A DNA stretch of 64,000 nucleotides from Octopus sinensis (GCF_006345805.1 NC_042999.1:22816001-22880000), one strand, 5' to 3'; positions 12,146 through 23,585 are shown, counted from the stretch's first letter. Notes: generated by a model from the sequence alone, not told the origin. Translations and numbers: made by a program.

Positions 12146-12545
12146 TGTGGTGGTGGTGGTGGTGTGGTAGTATTTGTGGTGGTGGAGGTAGTTGTAGTGG
12201 TGGTGGAGGTAGTAGTAGTAGTAGTGTTAGTAGTCGTGGTGGTGGTGGTGGTAGTGGTAGTAGTGGTGTTGGTGGTGGTAGTAATAGTAATGGTAGTGGT
12301 ATTAGTAGTAAAGGTGGTTGTAGTAGTAATGATGGTAGTAGTAGTAGTAGTAGTGGTGGTGTTGGTTATAGTAGTAGTAGTGGAGTTGGTGGTGGTAGTA
12401 GTAATGGTGGTAGTAGTGTTAGTAGTAGTAGTAGTGGTGGTGGTGGTTGTGGTGTTGGTGGTGGTAGTAGTAGTAGTGGAGTTGGTGGTGGTAGTAGTAA
12501 TGGTGGTAATAGTGGTGGTGGTGGTGTGGTGGTGGTTGTGGTGCA
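12100..12545. repeat. (GTA)/(GTG) triplet mosaic
   Basis: Directly visible; source of the poly-T/V/G ORFs in the track. Confidence 0.95.
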
Positions 12546-12650
12546 ATGCTTGAAATTTTCCAGCATTAAACTGCACGTTGTTTACCTCGGTATATATTTA
12601 CTTTGGTATATTGCATTCCGGTTCCGCTGTGAGCTTGTGACGTCATCTAG
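12541..12650 (-). mobile_element. CR1-like LINE RT fragment
   Basis: DDVTSSQRNRNAIYQ...NVQFNAGKFQALH resembles CR1-group LQ.DLN.IY.W...NM.FN..KF..L. Confidence 0.65.
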
Positions 12651-12652
12651 AT

Positions 12653-12720
12653 CAGTGCTTCTCAAACTTTCTGATGTGACGCATCGCCATTTTAATTTTT
12701 TCTCCAATGTGCCAGGGATC
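12653..12720 (+). mobile_element. hAT (Charlie-like) terminus
   Basis: cagtgcttctcaaac preceded by atctagat, an NTCTAGAN-type target. A possible other end (ggaaccctggctgagaagc) lies at ~14573-14592. Confidence 0.55.
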
Positions 12721-12754
12721 AGTAATATTATTTATTAGTATTAAATTATACCAG

Positions 12755-12995
12755 GACGGTGAGCTGGCAGAACCGTTAGCACGCCGGGCGAAATGCTCAC
12801 CATATTTCGTCTGACGCTACGTTCTGAGTTCAAATTCCGCCGAGGTCGACTTTGCCTTTCATCCTTTCGCGGTCGATGAAATAAGTACCAGTTTCGCACT
12901 GGAGTCGATATAATTAAGTTAATCCCTTTGTCTGTTCTTGTGTTCTTGTTTGTCCCCTCTATGTTTAGCCCCCTGTGGGCAATAAAGAAATAAAT
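12755..12995 (+). mobile_element. SINE family C, full monomer
   Basis: Head gagctggcagaaccgttagcacgccgggcg, B box gagttcaaattcc, and the ctttcatcctttcg.ggtcgat..aataagtaccag domain. Confidence 0.9.
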
Positions 12996-13025
12996 ATTAA
13001 TTTATACCGGAAGCAATATATATGA

Positions 13026-13197
13026 GATGCAGCACGGAATTTTGTCAGTGAACAGGTCGCGGTTTCAAATTGACGAAAATATTTTGACGAATTAAATTTA
13101 AATATTGAAGTGAATCTAACGGTTTTTGTATGTTTTTAAATGTCATATAAACACCATCCACGCTGCAATTGTTTTTGCTTCAGCACAGGATCTCAGA
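13026..13197 (+). repeat. Family E single arm
   Basis: Matches 1943-2110. Confidence 0.8.
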
Positions 13198-13401
13198 ATA
13201 TTATATAAGTTGACAATTACTTTTATCTTGTATTTATTTCATAAACAAATAATACAATATCACATAAGCATTTTATAAGCATTTTTCATCGTAGAATACG
13301 GGGTAAATAACACACACACACATACACACATACACACATACACATATATTTAATATATATATATCTGTAAATATAATACGTGACAATTATTTGGTAGCCA
13401 T

Positions 13402-13462
13402 GACAAAGCTCCGAGATTCGGATGTCGGGGCGGAAACCCACGCCGCCATCTCTTCAGTTATC
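13402..13462 (-). ncRNA. Core-mutated hammerhead paralog
   Basis: Same scaffold as 13912-13972 but GAATC replaces GAAAC and GCT replaces GTT. Confidence 0.6.
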
Positions 13463-13911
13463 CGGCCATCGAAAAAGTGCTATGAAAATTACCGTTAAAC
13501 AAGGAGAAATTACTGTGTGATTGACCATTATTAAGACAAAAGATCTATTTGAATGATCGCTAATTGAGGAGAGAGAATAATGGTAAGGAAGTAAAAATGG
13601 TCATAGTATTCGCGTAAGCGCGTATCTCCATACCTACACATGAGCGCCTGCACACCCACGTACATGAGCCTATAAGTATATACTCATCCACACTCACTTG
13701 AAACACACATGCTCACCGACATATTCGCCAAAAAATCTATACATACCCGCATACACACTCGCACTCACACACGCGCGCGCCACACACAAAAAAGGTTCAT
13801 ACACACGTCTATATACGCACATGAACCCGAAAAACCAGGGCTAAAGGCAAAATACAGAAAAATATGTAAAGAAGTATAACAGTCATTTTCATAGCGTTTT
13901 TTCGATGGCCG

Positions 13912-13972
13912 GATAACTGAAGAGATGGTGACGTGGATTTCCACCTCGGCATCCGAAACTCGGAGTTTTATC
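13912..13972 (+). ncRNA. Type I hammerhead motif with GUU site
   Basis: gataa-CTGAAGA-gatg..gtgg attt ccac..catc c-GAAAC-tcgga-GTT-ttatc. Perfect 5-bp stem I. Confidence 0.75.
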
Positions 13973-14104
13973 ATGGCTACCAAATAATTGTCACATATAT
14001 TTACAGATAAGTTCCTCTATTTACATAATATCGATGTCTCTTTCATTCTTTTGTTGTCTTACCATTTCTGCCTATATATATATACATACATGGTTGTTAT
14101 ATTT

Positions 14105-14195
14105 TATAGTCTTCTACTATAGCTTCGGCCTGACCAAAGCCTTGTGAGTGGATTTGGTAGACGGAAACTGAAAAGAAGCCTGTCATATATATACA

Positions 14196-14230
<35 letters not shown>

Positions 14231-14432
14231 CTCTGTGTTTGTCCCCCACAACGCTTGACAACCGATGCTGGTGTGTTTACATCCCCGTAACTTAGCGGTT
14301 CGGCAAAACAGCTCGATAGAATAAGTATGAAGTTTACACAGAATGTGACCTGGGGTCGACTTCTCCGACTAATGGCGGTGCTCCAGCATGGCCGCAGTCA
14401 AATGACAGAAACAAATAAAAGAGTAAAAGAGA
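14105..14432 (+). mobile_element. SINE family A, headless
   Basis: Family A body, (TG)n tract and tail aaagagtaaaaga. Confidence 0.85.
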
Positions 14433-14587
14433 GGAACAGGGTAGAGCGGATGATGTCTGTATTCCAATATTCCAATAACCAATAATATGTTGCCCATGTT
14501 TAGTAATATTACAATAATGAAATTAGCATTAGCTTATCTCACTTTTTCTCGCTGAACCCCAAGGAACCTTTTGCGGAACCCTGGCTG

Positions 14588-14705
14588 AGAAGCTTATCAG
14601 ATGCCTTTGCGAGGTCAAGATAAATCGCATTGACATCTGAATGGTCATGGTCAAGCAGCTGTTTCAAAACTCATTGTGCTGTAAGAGCTGTGTGAGGTAG
14701 CTCCT
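14588..14705 (-). mobile_element. CR1-like LINE RT fragment
   Basis: SYLTQLLQH...QLLDHDHSDVNAIYLDLAKASDK resembles SCLTQLL.....VD.IYLDFAKAFDKV. Collinear with 12541-12650. Confidence 0.7.
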
Positions 14706-14939
14706 TCTAGGAGATCTATTTGAATGATCGCTAATTGAGGAGAGAGAATAATGGTAAGGAAGTAAAAATGGTCATAGTATTCGCGTAAGCGCGTATCTCC
14801 ATACCTACATATGAGCGCCTGCACACCCACGTACATGAGCCTATAAGTATATACTATAAGTATATATATATATATATATATAAATTTATATGAAAATAAG
14901 CAAACACGCTCTCAAAATGGAGACAGATTTTGAGACCCC

Positions 14940-15295
14940 CCCCGCTTGCTTGCTCCATGACGTTGTTTGATGGGACTGGGGTCATCCCAGGCTGGTGGTC
15001 CCCCAAAAAGCATCATCGTACGTAGAGCCAACCAGATCTACCAGTACTTCTCATCGCTGGCGCACCCGTACCAGCTTCCCTACATCCTCCAAGCTGCATC
15101 CTCCAAGATGACTTCGAGCCTCTGGAGACATTCCTTAATCACGTCCGGCCACCTGGTGCCACCTGGGTCTGTCACGGAGCCTCTTCCACTCTACAGCTGT
15201 TGCGTCGATTGAGAGTAACGCCCTGGTAGGATGATCTGACGGGAGGCGGAGGACACGTCCGTACCAGCGCATGCGGTGAATAGCTATGAGGTGAG
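14940..15295 (-). mobile_element. RTE-clade LINE 3' end
   Basis: HRMRWYGRVLRLPSDHPTRALL..WKRLRDRP matches the RTE C-terminal LRW.GHV.R...R.P..W.R.RGRP motif. Ends in a caagcaagc tail. Confidence 0.75.
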
Positions 15296-15297
15296 AG

Positions 15298-15485
15298 GCT
15301 GCAGATCGCTAGCCACTATATCTTTTATCTATTTTTCGCTTCCTGTTTATTTCTATGTTCCTTTCTGTCGAAGAGCATAGGCTCGAAACGTAAAAGACTC
15401 TCTCACTTTCCGAGCGTTAAACTAATATATCTGTTTGTTGTTTGCACACCCGTCTTCGTCATTTGTTTTTTTGTAAAATCGCACT
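15298..15485 (+). mobile_element. PLE pLTR fragment
   Basis: Homologous to 638-775 and 59312-59495. Confidence 0.7.
15361..15396 (+). ncRNA. Minimal type I hammerhead motif, CUGUCGA core variant
   Basis: cttt-CTGTCGA-a-gagc atag gctc-GAAACGTA-aaag. All stems intact. Confidence 0.7.
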
Positions 15486-15524
15486 ATATATATATATATA
15501 TACATACATTCTTTTCTACTCTAG

Positions 15525-16125
15525 ACACAAGGCCCGAAATTTTGAGGGAGGGGGCCAGTCGATTAGATCCATTCCTGTACGCAACTGGTACTTAATTTAT
15601 CGACCACGAAAAGTTGAAAGTCAAAGTCGACCTCGGTGGAATTTGAACTCAGAACGTATAGACAAACGAAATACCGCTAAACATTTTGCCCGGTGTGCTA
15701 ACGTTTCTTATTTCTTTAATGCCCACAAGGAGCTAAACACAGAGGGGACAAACAAGGACAGACAAACGGTTTAAGTCGATTATATCGACGCCATTGCGTA
15801 ACTGGTACTTATTTAATCGACCCCGAAAGGATGAAAGGCAAAGTCGACCTCGGCGGAATTTGAACTCAGAACGTAGTGGCAAACGAAATACCTATTTCTT
15901 TACTACCCACAAGGGGCTAAACACAGAGGAGACATACAAAGATAGACAAACGGATCAAATCGATCATATCGACTCCAGTGCGTAACTGGTACTTAATTAA
16001 TCGAACCCCGAAAGTATGAAAGGCAAAATCAACCTCGGCGGAATTTGAACTCAGAATGTAACGGCAGACGAAATACTGCTAAGCATTTCGCCCGGCATGC
16101 TAACGTTTCTGCCAGCTCGTCGCCT
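15525..16125 (-). mobile_element. SINE family C multimer
   Basis: One head at ~16080-16125 followed by repeated B-box/body/tail modules. Confidence 0.85.
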
Positions 16126-16794
16126 CAAAGCGTATAAATATTGAGTTAAAAATACCTTTTAGATAGAATAAGTCGATGGCTGCCCTGTGGGAGTCAAGAC
16201 CAGATCTTCCGTAAACATGAGAGACAGTCTACCGTTGGACCAAAGTAATCCCTCGAATTTCTCTCCTCATTTTAGATTAAATTTTTTTTTTTGCTGCTCA
16301 ACACAATGATGAGAAGAAAGACTGTTAACTGTTGAACTAATTATGAAAGGAATTGAGTGCATCCATGTCTTTATCCTCTTATCTTCCTCAAATCTATAAA
16401 GAAACAGATCTGACAATATTTCATATTTATATAATAATGATCTTCCAAGTTCTGACTGTAAGTCAATGAGAAAGATCTGCATTAATCTAAGCGCAATTAC
16501 TGAAGCAACAGAATCTCATTTCTTCTACCAGTAAATCTCATAAATAATTGCTTTCTATTTGACTCACTTGTTTAGACTCCTTAGAAGATTCATTTTAATT
16601 ACATATTAATAAGTTATCGATTTTAATTCAGTCGTAGTTAAATTATAAGAGTATTTAATTCGAAAAACATCGTCTTTATTATTCTTGACAGAGCTGGCCC
16701 TAATTATGTTTTTATCTATTAAGTAAACTCGACATACTTTAACCCTAATAATTCGAAGTGTAATGATACCTTCACATATGATATGTTTATTTTA

Positions 16795-18200
16795 AGGCAG
16801 CCAGCTAACAGAATCATTAGCATGCTGGGTAAAATATTTAGCAGCATTTTCTCCATCTTTATGTTCTGAGCTCAAATTGTTCTGATGTCGACTTATCCTC
16901 TTTGGGTCGTTGAAATTGAGCACTAATCGACTTACCCACTCCCTCGAAAAAGTTCAAATTCCGCCGAGGGGTCGTTGAACTAAGAACCAGTTGAGCTCTG
17001 GGGTCGATTAATCGACTCACCCACTCACCCCGAAATTGTTAGCCTTGTGCCAATATGTGACGCCAATATGGTATGCTTCTTTATGGCAGCGAGCTGGTAG
17101 AATCTTTAGCATGCCGAACGAAACGCTTAGTCGCATTTCGTCTGTTTTTACGTCCTGAGTTCAAATTGTTCTGATGTCGACTTATCCTCTTCAGGTCGTT
17201 GAAATTGAGCATCAGTCGACTAACCCACTCACCTCGAAATTGCTGGCCATGTACCAATATGGTATGCTTCTTTATGTGAAGGCGCGTGGCATAGTGGTTA
17301 GGGTGTCAGCATCATGATCGTAAGATTGTGGTTTCGATTCCTGGACCGGGCGACGCGTTGTGTTCTTGAGCCAAACACCTCATTTCACGTTGCTCCAGTC
17401 CACTCAGCTGGCAGAAATGAGTAACACTGCGATGGACCGGCGTCCCATCCAGCTGGGGAACTCATACGCCATATAAACCGGGAAACCGAGCCCATGAGCC
17501 TGGCTAGGCTTTAAAAAGGGCGCATTTATTTTTTAATGCTTCTTTATGGCAGCGAGCTGGCAGAATCGTTAGCACGCCGAACGAAATGCTTAGCGGCATT
17601 TCGTCTATTTTTACGTTCTGAGTTCAAATTCCGCCGAAGTCGACTTGTCTTCTTGGGGGTCATTGAAATAAGCGCCAATTGAGCTCTGGGGTCGATGTAA
17701 CCGACTCAGTCACTCACCCCTCGAAATTGTTAGCCTTGTGCCAATATGGTATGATCCTTAATGGTGGCGAGCTGGCAGACACGTTAGCACGCTGGGCGAA
17801 TTGCTGAGCGGCATTTCGTCCGTCTTTATGTTCTGTGTTCAAATTCCGCCGATGCCAACTTATCTTCCCGGGGTCGTTGAAATAAGTTCAGTTGAGCACT
17901 GGGGTCGATGTAATTGACTTACCCACTCCCTCGAAATTGCCGGCCTTGTGCCAAAACTTGAAGCCAATATGATAAACTTCTTTATGGCAGCTGACTGGCA
18001 GAATTGTTAGCACGTCGGGAGTAATGGTTACAGGCGTTTCGTCCGTCTTCGCGTTCTGAGTTCAAACTCTGCCGAGGTCGACTCTGCTTTTCATTCTTTC
18101 GAATATCGATAAAATAAGCACCAGCGAAATACTGGGGTCGATGTAATCGACTTACCCTCTCTCCGAACTTGCTAGCTTTGTACCAAAATTTGAAGCCAAT
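16795..18200 (+). mobile_element. Tandem array of diverged family C SINEs
   Basis: About five head-bearing units plus partial modules, each ending ccaatatggtatgcttctttatggc. Confidence 0.85.
17277..17535 (+). mobile_element. SINE family B inserted in the family C array
   Basis: 13-bp TSD atgcttctttatg at 17264-17276 and 17536-17548. Confidence 0.9.
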
Positions 18201-18234
18201 ATGGTATGTTTGCTTTCTTTTCTACTAAAGATGT

Positions 18235-18590
18235 TCATTTCGCAACCACGTGACTTTGGTTGCAGTCCCATTGCGCGACACCTTGGCGAACGTCTTCTAC
18301 TATAACTTCAGACTGACCAATGACTTGTGAGAGAATTTGGTACACCGAAACTGTGTGGAATCCCGTCCTATGTAGATATATATGTGTGTGTGTGTAAGTG
18401 TATGTGTCTTTGTATTTTAGTTTGTCCTCATACCGCTTGACAACCAGTGTTGGTTTGTTTACGTCTGTGTAAATTAGCTGTTTGGCAAACGTCACCAATA
18501 GAACAAGTACCAGACTTTAAAATGAATAAATACTCGGATCGATTTGCTCGACTTAAACACTTTAAGACAGCGTCCCAGGCCGCAGTTCCA
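18235..18590 (+). mobile_element. Diverged SINE family A
   Basis: Body and tail similarity to family A. Confidence 0.7.
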
Positions 18591-18607
18591 ATAATAATAA
18601 GATAAAC

Positions 18608-18672
<65 letters not shown>

Positions 18673-18673
<1 letters not shown>

Positions 18674-19215
18674 CCCTTATGCAGTACCAGTCAGTGTCTC
18701 TCATGGCTTCTGATCTTAACTGATTGGAAGTGTTATCATGTACATTGTTTTGTCTTGGTATAAAAGATGGACTACAGCAAATATTCTGCTCAATACCACA
18801 GATTTGCTTGTCAGTTGCTTGATCTTAACCAGTTGAACATGTCCCTTAGTGGCTGACGATATGTGCATCTCTGATCACGAGCAGAAGTAGTGGGGGAGGC
18901 ATCATATCCATGTGTTGAGAAGGATTTTTTTGAGTTTGAATAATTCACCTTTGGAACATGGGCGTTTCGTTCAACATCCTTAAACAACCCTTATCAGAGA
19001 CCTTTCGGCTACTCGACCAGAAGAAAATTCTTACTGGGCCCCACCTGCAAGGTCATGTGCTGTTTATCTTGATATGAGATCACCATGTCACGCACATATG
19101 GTTGTGATGCATGTGCCAAGTGTACCCTTATCAGACGGGTAGTCATGATGGGTATACTGGGCTTCGTATATTTTACCCCAGAGTCACTTTGATGGCATGC
19201 ACTGCTCTCTCACTC

Positions 19216-19258
<43 letters not shown>

Positions 19259-19801
19259 CCCTTATGCAGTACCAGTCAGTGTCTCTCATGGCTTCTGATC
19301 TTAACTGATTGGAAGTGTTATCATGTACATTGTTTTGTCTTGGTATAAAAGATGGACTACAGCAAATATTCTGCTCAATACCACAGATTTGCTTGTCAGT
19401 TGCTTGATCTTAACCAGTTGAACATGTCCCTTAGTGGCTGACGATATGTGCATCTCTGATCACGAGCAGAAGTAGTGGGGGAGCATCATATCCATGTGTT
19501 GAGAAGGATTTTTTTGAGTTTGAATAATTCACCTTTGGAAACATGGGCGTTTCGTTCAACATCCTTCAACAACCCTTATTCAGAGACCTTTCGGCTACTC
19601 GACCAGAAGAAAATTCTTACTGGGCCCCACCTGCAAGGTCATGTGCTGTTTATCTTGATATGAGATCACCATGTCACGCACATATGGTTGTGATGCATGT
19701 GCCAAGTGTACCCTTATCAGACGGGTAGTCATGATGGGTATACTGGGCTTCGTATATTTTACCCCAGAGTCACTTTGATGGCATGCACTGCTCTCTCACT
19801 C
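18673..19801 (+). mobile_element. Tandem dimer of ~544-bp family D element, each unit flanked by (AAT)n
   Basis: Units 18673-19215 and 19258-19801 are almost identical. Other copies at 47724-48182 (-) and 49866-50068 (+). Confidence 0.85.
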
Positions 19802-19851
<50 letters not shown>

Positions 19852-20206
19852 GATAATTTGAAAAAGAGTATTTTAGATTGTTATACATCATACATCATTG
19901 CAAGTAACACAAACGGATTTGTTTATTTCCACAATTTATCCGACGTTATTAATATATTCTTTAGATATTATACAAACACACTTTATTTTTATTTATCGAT
20001 ATTAAGTTGCAAATTAGCATTATGCTATCTACGAGCTAGCTTTTAATCTAAATGCAGGAAACGGTTCAATCTTCTCCATCTTTATAAATAGTAAAAATAT
20101 TTTGTATTTGCGCAAATCATATAACTAATATAATTGACAAATTTTTAATCATATCCTATAATATGATACATTGTGTTATATTAGCTGGTCAGTATAATAC
20201 CAAGAG

Positions 20207-20693
20207 GATGCGCGTGGCTTAGTGGTTAGGGTGTTGAACTCATGATCGTAAGGTTGTGCTTTCGATTCCTGGATCGGGCGATGCGTTGTGTTCTTGAGCA
20301 AAACACTTCATTTGCATGTTGCTCCAGTCCACTCATCTGGCAAAAATGAGTAATCCTGCGACGGACCGGCGTCCCGTCCAGGTGGGGAATTTCTACGCCA
20401 CTGAAACCGGGAAACCGGCTCTTATGAGCCTGGCACGGCTCGCGAAGGAACATTTGTAAGGCGCGTGGCTTAATGGTTAGGGTGTCAGCATCAAGATCGT
20501 AAGATTGTGGTTTCGATTCCTGGGCCGGGCGATGCGTTGTGTTCTTGAGCAAAACACTTCATTTGCACGTTGCTCCAGTCCACTCAGCTGGCAAAAATGA
20601 GTAATCCTGCGACAGACCGGCGTCCCGTCCATGTGGGGAATTTATACGCCATTGAAACCGGGAAACCTGAAACTCGAAAAGGAATATTTTTTT
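20207..20693 (+). mobile_element. Head-to-tail dimer of SINE family B
   Basis: Two heads (~20207 and ~20459) inside one 14-bp TSD, tataataccaagag. Confidence 0.9.
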
Positions 20694-20854
20694 TATAATA
20701 CCAAGAGAAAGGCAGGGTTGTGGCGGAATCGTTGTCATGATTTCAAGACTACGCCATGCGCTATATTCTTTTTCTTGAACAAGGTTCTTCATTTTATTGT
20801 TGTTTTGCGATCACTTGGACATCGGAAGCGTGGAACACCATACGCCTAAGACTT

Positions 20855-21075
20855 AAGGCGGCGAGTTGGTTGAATCATTAGCACGCTGGGCAAAATGCTT
20901 TGCAGCATTTCGTCCGTTTTCAGGTTCTCAGTTCAAATTCTACTAAGGTCGACTTTGTCTTTTATCCTTTCGGGGTCTATAAATTAAGTACCAGTTGAGT
21001 ACTTGGTTTGATACAATCGTTTTTCCCCTCTCCGAAATTGCTAGCCTTGTGCCAAAATTTTAAATCAATGTCGAT
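20855..21075 (+). mobile_element. SINE family C
   Basis: Head and body match. Confidence 0.8.
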
Positions 21076-21326
21076 TTGAAAATAGATAGAAAGACAGAAG
21101 AAATGGTCCGCTCATTGGCAAGTCGGTATGTGTGTCGGTGTGTCTGCCTGTCTAATGTGCGTGTGTTTGTCAATTCGTTAATAATTACCTTCAGTGAGAG
21201 CGGTAATTCTTAGCTGCTGCCGGAAGTCTGAGCAGACAAAATGACGAAAATGAAATCTTAAAATAAAATATAAAATGTGTATACCGGTGTGTGTGTGTGT
21301 GTATGTGTGTGGCTGTGTGGGATGTA

Positions 21327-21788
21327 GGCGCAGAAGTAGCTGTGTGGTAAGTAGCTTGCTTACCAACCACATGGTTCCGGGTTCAGTCCCACTGCGTGGC
21401 ACCTTGGGCAAGTATCTCATACTATAGCCTCGGGCTAACCAAAGCCTTGGGAGTGGATTTGGTAGACGGAAACTAAAAGAAGCCCGTCGTATATATGTAT
21501 ATGTATATATGTATATCTATAATATAATATATATATATATATGTGTGTGTGTGTGTATGTGTGTGTGTGTGTGTGTGTGAGTTTGTGTGTCTGTGTTTGT
21601 CCCCCCAACATTGCTTGACAACCGATGCTGGTGTGTTTATGTCTCCGTAACTTAGTGGTTCGGCAAAGAGACCGATAGAGTAAGTACTAGAATTACCAAG
21701 AATAAGTCCTGGGGCGATTTGCTCGACTAAAGGCGGTGCTCCAGCATGGCCACAGTCAAATGACTGAAACAAGTAAAAGAGTAAAAGA
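21327..21788 (+). mobile_element. SINE family A, full length (tRNA-like head, CORE-like gtggcaccttgggcaag segment)
   Basis: ggcgcag.agt.gctgtgtggtaag...gggttcagtccc...internal (TA)(TG)...aaaagagtaaaaga. Confidence 0.9.
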
Positions 21789-21832
21789 ATATACGTTTAC
21801 ACGTGCACACATGTATGTATACGCATAAATAT

Positions 21833-21868
<36 letters not shown>

Positions 21869-22284
21869 TTGTGTTGGTAGCGTCTTTTATCTTTTAATTG
21901 TTTCATTCATTAGACTGTGGCCATGCTGGGGCACCACCTTGAAATATTTTAGTCGAGAGAATCGACACGAGTACTTATTTTTATTTAAGCCTGGTATCCA
22001 TTCTATCGGCTCCTTTAGCCGAACCTGTAAGTTACAGGGATCGTAAACACACCAGCACCGGTTGTCAAGTGGTGGTAGTGATGGAGTGCAAACACAGGTA
22101 TATACTATAAGCAACAGGTGTATGTCAAATTTGCTCCAATAAAGGAAAAATATGTAATGACCATTATTTATACGTTGTCTTGTATGTCACTGTGCAAAAG
22201 CACAAACACGGATTTACAATACAGACCCTGCCACGGGAATACGTGGAGTTCCTTACTAATCTAAACGATATTCTTTTCTACTCT

Positions 22285-22827
22285 AGGCATGAGACCCGAA
22301 ATTTTGGTGGGAGGGGGTCAGTCGACTAGATCGACCCCAGTACGCAACTGGTACTTAATTTATCGATCCCGAGAGAATGAAAGGCAAAGTCTACCATGGT
22401 GGAATTTGAACTCAGAACGCAAAGAAAAACGAAATACCTATTTCTTTATTACCCACAAGAGGCAAAACACAGAGGGGACAAACAAGGACAGACACACGGA
22501 TTAAGTCGACTACATCGACCCCAGTGCGCAACTGGTACTTAATTTATCGACCCCGAAAGGATGAAAGGCAAAGTCGACCTCGGCGGAATTTGAACTCAGA
22601 ACGTAACAGCAGACGAAATACCTATTTCTTTACTACCCACAAAGGGCTAAACACAGAGGGGACAAACAAGGACAGACAAACGGATTAAGTCGATTATATT
22701 GACCCCAGTGCGTAACTGGTACTTATTTAATCGACCCCGAAAGGATGAAAGGCAAAATCGACCCTCGGCGGAAATTTGAACTCAGAACGTAGCAGCAGAC
22801 GAAATACCTATTTCTTTACTACCCACA
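22285..22827 (-). mobile_element. SINE family C body multimer, 184-bp period
   Basis: gaccccagt anchors at 22333, 22517 and 22701. Confidence 0.9.
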
Positions 22828-23492
22828 CCACCACCACTATCATTATCATCACCATTAGTAATATCCTAAAGATTGAAAATATGTTGATGATGAATATAGT
22901 AATGATAGTGATAATCCTCATTGCATCAATTCCCCCCTCTCTCTCTCTCTTTATCTCTATGTGTGTGTGTGTGTGTGTGTGTGTGGCCGTCTCTTTCTAC
23001 GACACTCTCTTCACCAAGAGCCTTCTATTTTACCGTTTTACTGTAGCTCATGTCTCTATTGCAATATCCTGAATCAATCACACTTGAATTTACTGTTCTT
23101 CCGGTCATGTGAGCAACCGGGCGTCCGGCTTCCCATTCTAGAGTCATTCGTTGATTCCAACTGTCTGATTAACCAATTTCCAAAACCCAAATTTCATCAG
23201 CGAGTAAATTATTGTGGAATAAATACAGTTCCTGTCATTGGCTTTCAAAGATAAGATTTTAAATTGTTGCTGTTGCTGTTGTTATTATCGTAGCCGTTGG
23301 GTGAAGGCGCATGGCTTAGTGGTTAGGGTGTTCAGCTTAAGGTCGTAAGGTTGACTTTGCTTTTCATATTTTTTTCGTGATCGGTAAAAATACATACCGG
23401 TCATGTGCTGGGGTCAATGTAATCGACTGACCTCCATCCACCGAGCTTGCTGACCTTGTACCAAAATTTGAAATCATTGTCGCCTCTGATAA

Positions 23493-23585
<93 letters not shown>

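Larger units (their letters stand above)
13365..14010. mobile_element. Pair of ~130-bp inverted repeats, each containing an HHR motif
   Basis: 13365-13497 and 13880-14010 are reverse complements separated by a ~385-bp spacer. Confidence 0.75.

Noticed and set aside
16267-16482. 71-aa minus ORF in unique sequence
   Set aside because: No recognisable homology, and candidate splice boundaries give stops in all frames.
18849-18910. CTGACGA in family D as an HHR
   Set aside because: No correctly placed GAAA or stem III.
22285-22827. Regular repeats as a CRISPR-like array
   Set aside because: The context is eukaryotic, the units are whole 184-bp SINE modules without unique spacers, and there are no cas genes.
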